Assembly: GCA_052140285.1 (NCBI GenBank)
Contig: JBKQUF010000006.1
Location: 1,133 to 65,132, forward strand
Length of the DNA stretch: 64,000 nucleotides
Source: Limisphaerales bacterium
GTDB taxonomy: Bacteria > Verrucomicrobiota > Verrucomicrobiia > Limisphaerales > UBA11358
Reading direction: 5' to 3'
A program made the position numbers and the translations under genes. Below, piece by piece: positions 25,486 to 33,304 of the stretch. Every line of letters begins with the position of its first letter. Positions within the stretch are counted from its first letter, which is position 1. Under the pieces are notes generated by a model that did no database searches, was not told the DNA's origin, and was given only the letters and a program-made list of their open reading frames with translations.

Positions 25486-28400
25486 GGGGTGGCGGCGGAC
25501 AGGATGACCGTTACCCGACCAACCCGGCGGACTTCGGCTTTCTTTTTCTTTTTCTTGTCGTCATCGCCGCCATTGCCGTTGTCGGCCACCTGTTGCTGGC
25601 CGGCGGCGCTGGTCTGGCCGGCGGCGCTGGTGCTGGTGCTGGTGGCCTGGGCGGAAGTTCCCAAGGTGGATTGGGCCGCGCCGCCGTTGACAGATACTTT
25701 CTGGCCAAGCAACGTGGCGCCGGTGATGCCGCTGGCATTGACGCCCTGCCCGCCGATGATGGTGATGCCGCCGCCACTGCTTTGGGCCGATACGTTGGCC
25801 GTGCCGACGGCCAGGACTGTAAGAGAGCTGACCGTCTGGCCGGTCACATTGGCGTTCTGCGAGGAAACCAGCAAACCACTGATGTTGCCCGTGTAGTTGG
25901 CATTAACCGTTCCCCCGATCACACCGGCGCTGCCCAGGACAATGTTGCCTGCATAAACCGGCGTGGCCTTTGAACTCCAATCGGGCGCCACAGGGGCGCC
26001 GGTCTCCAAGCTGACATAAGTGTATTGGCCGTCATAATCAACGAAGCCGGCTCCCGCGGGGGTGCCGGCATCCAGGGTGACATACGGGCCGGGGAGGAGA
26101 GTTCCGCCGAGCGACTCCTGCAAGATGCCGCCCAGGCTGGCATAAATGCTTCCCTCGGGCGTGGTCACCGTGATGTTGCCCGGTTGCGTCGCGGCCCCGG
26201 GCAACTCCGGGGACAGGGTGTCCGCCACAATGCCGTTGGCATAGACGTTTTCATAACCTGGCACGTCGGCAACCGGGAGAAAGACATTGACGGGAACCAC
26301 CGCCGTGCCGCCGCTGCCCGCGTTCACATCGCCAGTCAGCGAGGTGATGTTGATATTGCCGCCGCTGAAAGTGGCAATGCGGGAAGTGTCAATGTTGATG
26401 GTGCCCAGAACCGTCACGTTCACCATGCCGCCGCCGGTGGTGTAAATACCCACGCCGAGGTTGTTGTCATACATGACGGCAGCCTCAAAATCCGCCAGAT
26501 CCGGGGAACCCAAATCCATGGAGACGCCGACGCCGCTGTTGTTCAGGGGGTCCTGGGCGCTGGCCGGAAGCTCGCCAGTGCAGGTGACATTCACATCGCC
26601 GCCGCCGAGGGCCGCAATCGTGGAGGTGGGCATCTCCAGGGTGTTGGCGGTGACGTTGATCGTCGCGCCGGGCGCGGACGCAATGTAAGGCGTCAGATAA
26701 GCATAGTTCACACCCTGGTTCCCATTGCCCACGGAAAGGATTCCATAGGAATTGCCGAGGTTGATCGAACTGGCCGAAACATCAAAATAGCCCGTGCCAC
26801 CCACAATCAGGCCGCCACTGCCACCCAAGCTGGGCTTGTCCTGGCTGACGTTTTCAAGGGTGTTAATGTCGGTAAGATCGGGGTCGGTGGAAGTGGCCGT
26901 GCTCGGCGGCATCCACGCGACTTTGTTTATCACAAAGTGACCGCTGGAATCAAGAAGGGGATAACCATTGGCTCCATAGACCGGCAGATAGAGATAGGCA
27001 GATGTCAGGGCGGCAAAAAGGTCCGATGCCGGGCCGGCCGAGGTGAGCACCTGCGTGACGGGATTGTAATCCAAGCCTGAATAAAACACCGCGGAACCTG
27101 AGATCCCGAACGTTAAGTTCCTGTACGCATAGGTAAAGTATCCGGACAAAGTTGAGAGCGGGAGGCCGGTATAAGACTGGTCATTGATGCCCGATATGGC
27201 TGGATCGGTCAAAGCATCTTCAAAAATGCTGTACCAATAATCAGCCGTGCCGGATGGCAGATAAGTCTCCCCGGAAGGCAGGGTTTCCGACAACTCAGCC
27301 AGGTCCGGCAAGGCCGTATCCAAAGTGACCGAGGCGAACGAATTGGCATAATAAATCTGGCCGCCAACGGTGATGGAAGTGACATCGCCCGGATTCAAAT
27401 TCTCCCCGTAAAAAGTGCAGCCGATCATGTCGCCGCCCACGACGATTTGGGCCAGCTTGCTGGTTTGCAGGCTGACATTTTCCATGTCGCCGGAGATGTT
27501 GAGGACCACGGGATTCTCATTGCCCAACTCCGGCGGGACACTGGCGTGGTCGTCTGGACCAAATGCCGAAGCGCTGGAGCTGCCGCTGGAAGGCCATTGC
27601 GTCAGGCCGCTGTCGGACATCAGCAAGTAGGTGGATAAACCATCAGCGTTGTCACTGCTCAACCCGCCTCCATCCGTGGTGGTGATTTCCAGATTTTGGT
27701 CGGGGGAAGGAAACAGGATGATGTCATTGTTCAACAAAGTGCCGCCGTTGGCAGTAACCGCGTTTGGGCTTTGCAACGTGACTCCGCCATGACCGGCGTT
27801 GATGATCAGTGTCGGCGGTAGAATCAGGGGAACGGCGTCATCGGGCCGCGGGATGTCAAAACCCGTCAAATTAACGCTGTAGCCCGCGGTCAGGGTGACG
27901 GAATCATTCGGGGCGTAGTCAAAAAGATGATTTCCGGCCGACGGCTTCTCGTTGCGGCTGCCAGCGCCGGTTTCCGTGTTGTTGAACACGCCGTTAGGAT
28001 TTCGCGCTTCCTGCAAATAAATATCGCCCACGCCGCTCTGGACCGTTTGCGCGGCCGGGTCCCAGCCCGCATTCAAATCCCAACTGCCGGCGACCAGGCT
28101 CAACGCCACGTTTTGGGAGGAAGTGCCGATGTCCTGTCCGGCGTTGATGACACCCGTGCCATTGACCTCCACAAAACTTCCATAAACGTTCCCACCGGCA
28201 TTGATCGTCACGTTTCCCGGTTCGGAACCAAAAGCACCGCTCCCCGGATCGCCCGGCGCCGCCGTTGTGGTGGGAAAACTGATCACGTTGCCGCCCGCAT
28301 TGATGGTCACGTTGCCGCCGTCGGCCGTGCTGATGCCGCCGAGATTCTGATCGGGACTAAAATAGGGCGCGGATGCAGACCAATCAAACCCGGCCGTGCC

Positions 28401-30860
28401 AGACCCGGAATTGACATCTCCGTACTGAGTCGTGACATCTATGCTCCCGCCGTTCTCGGTCACGATGCCGCCGGTGCCGGAATTGGCCGACTGGCTGGCC
28501 GTGCCTGTCCAGCCCACTTGCACTTCATTGGCGGCCCAAAGATTGATGTTTCCGTTCTGAGTTTGCAGGGAAGCGCCATCCAGATAAATCCCGTCGCTGC
28601 CGGAAACGGGCGTCGGTTGATTGGCAGTCGGAACAAAGCCAGTCCCGGCGGTCAAATTGATGCTCCAGTCGGCCAGAATTTTGTTTCCGCCGCTAACCGT
28701 GTTTACAGCGGTGATCGAGCTGTTCAGGGTGATGTCATTTCCCGCGGTCAGGCTCAACATGGCGGCGGAGCCGGGAGCGGCCAGGGCGTTGAGGTTCCAG
28801 GCCGAATCCAGATTGATATTATCCAGCGCCTGCAGATCAATTTGCGAGTAGGCGGACAGGCCGGTGAGATTGAGGTTGGCGTAAGGATTGGGGTTGGAAG
28901 TATTGGCCGGTTGAGTGGTGGCGGTGGTGGCCAGGCTGGACGAGAGAAAGAGGTCGCCGGGATTGACCAGAAAGGCATAATAATTTCCGCCGGGTTGAAC
29001 AGTGGTCCCAGGACAGAGGATTTCAACGATGCCGTTTTGGCCCCCGCCCGTGCCCGTTCCACCGGCAACATTGATGGTTGTATTGGCGCCCTCGGTGATG
29101 GCGCCTGAATTTAACACCACAAACCCGCCGGGACTGGCCGCGGACGATGACGCGCCCTGGGCTGAAATGATGGAATTATCGCCCAGGTTCAGGCTGTCGC
29201 CCGCGTCAATTTCAATGACACCGTTGGCAATGCCCATTGAATTGGCTTGGAGGGTTCCGTTTTGGTTCACGGTGTTTGCCTTCAGAGTAATTGTCCCGTC
29301 GTCCGCTTCAATTTCCGCGCCGGAATCCACCGTGATCGCCTGGCCGGCGAGCAACGACGCCGTGCCAATGACGCCGCCCTGGGCCGCCAAGTTCCACGGC
29401 GCACTCACTTCGATGTCGTCCGCGGCTTGAAGGCTGACTTGCGAAAAACCCGAAGAGAAGGAATTGGCGTTAAGCGCCAATTCACCCGACACGGGGCTGC
29501 CATCGGAATTCAGCAAAATATCGTCCGTGTTGATGGCAAGGCTGCCGTTGTCATATCCCGCGACGCCTGCCTGGCCGTACAAGCTGGATTGAATGGCACT
29601 CATTTGCGGCGCGGAAATGGAAATCCGTCCGCCAGCGCCACCCAGCGCTCCGCCGGAGACATTGATGGTCGAAGCCGGATCGTCCGCGAAACTGCCGCCC
29701 GACTGAAGCTGGACCGAGCCGCCGGAACTCATCCCCTGGGCGTTGCCTTGCGTGCTGATGGCGGAACCGGAGCCGAGAGTCAGGCTCTGGCCCGCGTCAA
29801 TCCCAATGACGCCACTAAGATTGTCCAGGTTCCCCAAGTAATCCTTTTGAAGGATGGAATTCGCCTGAAGGTCCCCGTTTTGATTCACCGTGGGCGCATT
29901 CACCTGAATCGAACTGCCGTCGGCTGTTACCTGACCATTATTGTTGACTGTGTTCCCCGCTTGTAAGGTGATGCCGCCGGTGTTTGGGGTCTGAATGCCG
30001 CCTTCCGCCGAAGTGACGGAACCGGCGTTCACATTGAGAGTATCCCCGGCAACCAATTCAATGGCGCCATTGACGTTTTGGGCGTAATTGGCCTGGACCA
30101 CGCCGCTTTGGTTGACCATCTGGGCTTGGGCGACGATGCTGCCGCCATTGGCAATCAGTTGGCCTTCGTTATTCACCGAGCCTTCGGGCAGCGTGACCTT
30201 GGCGCTCAAGCCGAGGCCGTTGGGAGCCGTGGAGACCAGGACGGTCTGGCCGGCGAACAGGCCGATGTTGCCGTCGGGCGCCGACATGGTCCCGGATGCC
30301 TTGGTGACGGGATCAATGCCGTTGTCAATGTTCGCGGCAATCAGATAAGCGGACCCGCCGCCGGTGATGTTGATTTTTCCGTAATTGATGATTTGGGCCG
30401 ACGGCGGCGGCGCGTCGAATTCCCACGGGCCTCCGCCGGACAAGTCCAGGTTGGGGGTGGACGCCGTGGTCATGACCAACCCATGCGCGCTGATGGCCGC
30501 CGAGCCGCCCACCGTAAACCCGTTTGGATTTTGCAGAATCACGTAGCCATTGGCCGTCAGATCGCCGTCAATGGTCGAGGCGGCAGTGTCGCCGATGTAG
30601 TTCCATGTCACCGAGGAAGCGGAAGGCTGGTTGAAGGTCGTCGTCTCACCCGCGGCGATATTAAAAGTTTGCCAGTTGATGAAGGCGTTGGCGGAGGTCT
30701 GGCTGATGGTGAATTGCGAACCGGAACCGCTGAAGCTTGCAGAGCCTTGAGTCACCGTTCCACCCGTTGGATTGGCCCAAGCCTGTAAATGGATCAGCAA
30801 CACCAGCAACCCAATTCCCCGCGGTGTTCGGCAAAAACAGCAAAAAATTTTACGAGCCAT
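25482..30860 (-). CDS. filamentous-hemagglutinin-type TpsA exoprotein (TPS domain + long beta-helical repeats)
   Basis: Start MARKIFCCF at 30860. N-terminal 'NPTGGTVTQGSASF...FTISQTSANAFINWQTFNIAAGETTTFNQP...LTANGYVILQNPNGFTVGG'. About 1790 aa, rich in Gly/Ser/Thr/Asn. No VENN motif or toxin tip seen. Confidence 0.9.
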   Translation of the reverse strand: MARKIFCCFCRTPRGIGLLVLLIHLQAWANPTGGTVTQGSASFSGSGSQFTISQTSANAFINWQTFNIAAGETTTFNQPSASSVTWNYIGDTAASTIDGDLTANGYVILQNPNGFTVGGSAAISAHGLVMTTASTPNLDLSGGGPWEFDAPPPSAQIINYGKINITGGGSAYLIAANIDNGIDPVTKASGTMSAPDGNIGLFAGQTVLVSTAPNGLGLSAKVTLPEGSVNNEGQLIANGGSIVAQAQMVNQSGVVQANYAQNVNGAIELVAGDTLNVNAGSVTSAEGGIQTPNTGGITLQAGNTVNNNGQVTADGSSIQVNAPTVNQNGDLQANSILQKDYLGNLDNLSGVIGIDAGQSLTLGSGSAISTQGNAQGMSSGGSVQLQSGGSFADDPASTINVSGGALGGAGGRISISAPQMSAIQSSLYGQAGVAGYDNGSLAINTDDILLNSDGSPVSGELALNANSFSSGFSQVSLQAADDIEVSAPWNLAAQGGVIGTASLLAGQAITVDSGAEIEADDGTITLKANTVNQNGTLQANSMGIANGVIEIDAGDSLNLGDNSIISAQGASSSAASPGGFVVLNSGAITEGANTTINVAGGTGTGGGQNGIVEILCPGTTVQPGGNYYAFLVNPGDLFLSSSLATTATTQPANTSNPNPYANLNLTGLSAYSQIDLQALDNINLDSAWNLNALAAPGSAAMLSLTAGNDITLNSSITAVNTVSGGNKILADWSINLTAGTGFVPTANQPTPVSGSDGIYLDGASLQTQNGNINLWAANEVQVGWTGTASQSANSGTGGIVTENGGSIDVTTQYGDVNSGSGTAGFDWSASAPYFSPDQNLGGISTADGGNVTINAGGNVISFPTTTAAPGDPGSGAFGSEPGNVTINAGGNVYGSFVEVNGTGVINAGQDIGTSSQNVALSLVAGSWDLNAGWDPAAQTVQSGVGDIYLQEARNPNGVFNNTETGAGSRNEKPSAGNHLFDYAPNDSVTLTAGYSVNLTGFDIPRPDDAVPLILPPTLIINAGHGGVTLQSPNAVTANGGTLLNNDIILFPSPDQNLEITTTDGGGLSSDNADGLSTYLLMSDSGLTQWPSSGSSSASAFGPDDHASVPPELGNENPVVLNISGDMENVSLQTSKLAQIVVGGDMIGCTFYGENLNPGDVTSITVGGQIYYANSFASVTLDTALPDLAELSETLPSGETYLPSGTADYWYSIFEDALTDPAISGINDQSYTGLPLSTLSGYFTYAYRNLTFGISGSAVFYSGLDYNPVTQVLTSAGPASDLFAALTSAYLYLPVYGANGYPLLDSSGHFVINKVAWMPPSTATSTDPDLTDINTLENVSQDKPSLGGSGGLIVGGTGYFDVSASSINLGNSYGILSVGNGNQGVNYAYLTPYIASAPGATINVTANTLEMPTSTIAALGGGDVNVTCTGELPASAQDPLNNSGVGVSMDLGSPDLADFEAAVMYDNNLGVGIYTTGGGMVNVTVLGTINIDTSRIATFSGGNINITSLTGDVNAGSGGTAVVPVNVFLPVADVPGYENVYANGIVADTLSPELPGAATQPGNITVTTPEGSIYASLGGILQESLGGTLLPGPYVTLDAGTPAGAGFVDYDGQYTYVSLETGAPVAPDWSSKATPVYAGNIVLGSAGVIGGTVNANYTGNISGLLVSSQNANVTGQTVSSLTVLAVGTANVSAQSSGGGITIIGGQGVNASGITGATLLGQKVSVNGGAAQSTLGTSAQATSTSTSAAGQTSAAGQQQVADNGNGGDDDKKKKKKAEVRRVGRVTVILSAATP

Positions 30861-30952
30861 CGTTTCAGCGTTCAAGGATACCACATCGAGACTTTTAGCG
30901 GTTGTTTTTTCAGGTGACGTTTAGGTTAAAAATATGCTGGAGGACTTATGAA

Positions 30953-33250
30953 TCATTGGCCTGGTGGGACGCTGGATAATTTAAGCGCCCTGTCAAGATT
31001 GTCGCGCGCGGGGGCGTAATCCGGGTTGAGGCGGAGGGCCGCTTGAAACTGGCTGATCGCGTCGCCAATCCGGCCTTCGTTGATGAGGGCAATGCCGAGA
31101 TTGTTGTGCGCCTCGAAGTAATCCGGTTGCAGTTGGATGGCCTTCTGAAACTGGCCGATGGCCTCGTCAAACTGTTTTTCCTGGAGAAAGGCATAGCCGA
31201 GGTTGTTATGGACCTCGACGTTATCCGGGTCCAGGCGGAGGGCTTCATTGTATTGGCCGATGGCCTCGTCAATCCGGCCTTCTTGACGCAAGATGAGACC
31301 GAGGTTGTAATGCGCGGTGGCAAGATTGGGGTTGAGGCGAAGGGCTTTCTGAAACTCGCTGCTGGCCTCGTCAAGCCGCCCGTTTTTGAAGAAGGCGCTG
31401 CCCAGGTTGTTGTGGGCGTCGGCATCATCCGGATTGAGCCGAAGTGCTTCTTTAAACTGGCCGATGGCCTCATCAATCCGGCCTTTTTGGAGGAGGGCAT
31501 AGCCGAGGTTGTTGTATGCCTCCACGTAATTGGGGTTGAGGCGGAGGGCTTCTTGAATCTGGCGGTTAGCTTCATCAATCATGCCTTTCTGGCGATAGAT
31601 GAGGCCGAGGTTGTAATGGGCGTCGGCATAATCGGGGCTGAGACGGAGGGCTTCTTGAATCTGGATCATGGCCTCGTCAATCCGGCCTTTTTTAGAAAGG
31701 GCATCACCGAGGTTGTTGTGGGTGTCGGCATAATCCGGGTTGAGACGCAGGGCTGCTTGGAATTGGCTGATGGCCTCGTCAATCCGGCCATCTTCAATGA
31801 GAGCGTTGCCCAGGCTGTTTCGCGCCTCAACGTAATCCGGATCCACGCGGAGGGCTTCCTGGGCTTCGCTGATGGCCTCGTCGGTCCGGCCATTTTCAAG
31901 GAGAACAACGCTGAGGTCGTTGTGAATCACAGAATTGGCCCGCGTGACTTTGAGTGTATGCCGGAAAAGAGTTTCACTGTCCCGCCAATAACCCAATTGT
32001 TGCCGGGTCAGCGCCAGACTCAAGATGCTCGCCGCCAAACCCGCCGCTCCCAGCGCAACGGTCCGGCGACGCCAGCCAAGGGCAAGGTCGCTGGCGCCCC
32101 AGATCGTGAGCGCCAGCACGCCCAGCGATGGAATATAAGTATATCGGTCTGCCATCGCCTGGTCCCCCACCTGCACCAGGCCAATCACCGGCACGAGCGT
32201 CCCTAAAAACCACAACCAGCCAGTCATCAAAAATGGGCGCGCCCGCCGTGTCAGAAAAAACAGCACCGTGACGCCGCTCAAAAACGCGCCCGCCAGCAGC
32301 GCCTCCGCTTGTGGCCAATGTTCGGGGAGAGGATATAAAACCGCCAGGTCCGCCGGCCAGAACATCTTTCCCAAGTAACGGCAGTAGGAAATCAGGGCAT
32401 TTTCAACCCGCGCCCCGATGGGCATGTTTTCAACCGTCATCACGGCGCCGCCATGCTTTTGCGCCGCGAAAGTGATGACGCATGCCGCCGCCGCGAGGGC
32501 AAAGAAGGGAATTTTCTCGCGCAGCAGGTGTATAAAATCCGAAATACGAAATCGGAAATCCGGTATCCGTTTAAGGGGCCAGTAATCCAGCAACAACAAA
32601 ACGAACGGTGCCGTCACCAGCATCGCCTTGCTCATCAATCCCAGCGCAAACATCAGCACGGCCGTCCAATACGAAGCCGTTGATTTTGAACTTTCCGTTT
32701 GTTTTTCTTCAACATATTTTGCGTAAAACAGCAGCGTCAGCATCAAGAAAAACGTGCTCAATACATCTTTGCGCTCCGCGATCCAGGCCACCGATTCGAC
32801 CCGGAGCGGATGCCATCCAAACAACGCGGCTAGCGCCAGGCTGCGCCACGTTGCCCGCGTCATCCGTTGGAAAACCAGAAACACCAGCGCGGTGTTGGCG
32901 GCATGAAGCAGCGCGTTGATCAGATGATGTCCCCAGGGATTCAGCCCGAAAAGCTGGCAGGCTAATTCGTGCGACAGCCACAAGAGCGGCGCCCAGGTGG
33001 CGGCCCGTTGCGTGGTGAAGGCCCATTTCACTCCTTCCCAGGTCAATCCACCCTGAACATGGGGATTTTTGGTGACGTAATCAGGGTCGTCAAAGTTGAT
33101 GAAGCCGCCGCGCATCGCCGGCCAGTAAAGCGCGAGGGTTGCCAGCGCCAGCAGTGCCGCCAGTTGCCACGGCCGAAAACGCGGTTGAAAGACGGCCCTT
33201 GCCGGGGCCTGCGCTCGAGTGGATTTGGGTTTGGTCGCGGGTCGGCGCAT
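30953..33250 (-). CDS. TMTC-like GT-C membrane glycosyltransferase with C-terminal TPR array, paralog 2 (inside the TPS operon)
   Basis: 'INFDDPDYV' and 'HPLRVESVAWIAERKDV' in a polytopic N-domain. The long C-terminal TPR array has repeated 'GRIDEAIxQFQxALRLNPDYAxAHNNLG'. Confidence 0.85.
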   Translation of the reverse strand: MRRPATKPKSTRAQAPARAVFQPRFRPWQLAALLALATLALYWPAMRGGFINFDDPDYVTKNPHVQGGLTWEGVKWAFTTQRAATWAPLLWLSHELACQLFGLNPWGHHLINALLHAANTALVFLVFQRMTRATWRSLALAALFGWHPLRVESVAWIAERKDVLSTFFLMLTLLFYAKYVEEKQTESSKSTASYWTAVLMFALGLMSKAMLVTAPFVLLLLDYWPLKRIPDFRFRISDFIHLLREKIPFFALAAAACVITFAAQKHGGAVMTVENMPIGARVENALISYCRYLGKMFWPADLAVLYPLPEHWPQAEALLAGAFLSGVTVLFFLTRRARPFLMTGWLWFLGTLVPVIGLVQVGDQAMADRYTYIPSLGVLALTIWGASDLALGWRRRTVALGAAGLAASILSLALTRQQLGYWRDSETLFRHTLKVTRANSVIHNDLSVVLLENGRTDEAISEAQEALRVDPDYVEARNSLGNALIEDGRIDEAISQFQAALRLNPDYADTHNNLGDALSKKGRIDEAMIQIQEALRLSPDYADAHYNLGLIYRQKGMIDEANRQIQEALRLNPNYVEAYNNLGYALLQKGRIDEAIGQFKEALRLNPDDADAHNNLGSAFFKNGRLDEASSEFQKALRLNPNLATAHYNLGLILRQEGRIDEAIGQYNEALRLDPDNVEVHNNLGYAFLQEKQFDEAIGQFQKAIQLQPDYFEAHNNLGIALINEGRIGDAISQFQAALRLNPDYAPARDNLDRALKLSSVPPGQ
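32534..32568. repeat. heptanucleotide tandem repeat (AAAATCC GAAATAC GAAATCG GAAATCC GGTATCC) within a CDS
   Basis: Read directly. On the coding (minus) strand it encodes 'DFRFRISDF'. Confidence 0.8.
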
Positions 33251-33304
33251 GGCTCCATTAACAAGGATTTTGCCTTTAAATCATGAATTTTGGCCAGCCA
33301 AAAA

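Noticed and set aside
26025-30788. Several long plus-strand ORFs (26025..27080, 27927..29108, 29247..29966, 30078..30788) opposite tpsA
   Set aside because: They are mirror-frame artefacts of the Gly/Ser/Asn-rich repeats. The translations are Arg/Gly/Ala-rich without domain signatures, and the minus-strand TPS gene explains the region.
25482-30860. Considered whether tpsA is a CdiA-type contact-dependent inhibition toxin
   Set aside because: No VENN or pretoxin motif was seen, there is no distinct C-terminal toxin domain, and no small immunity ORF follows the stop (the region is REP family C). An adhesin-type exoprotein is more likely.
31043-32206. 387-aa plus-strand ORF with striking periodicity opposite the TPR array
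   Set aside because: The periodicity is only the reverse-complement shadow of the 34-residue TPR repeats on the minus strand.
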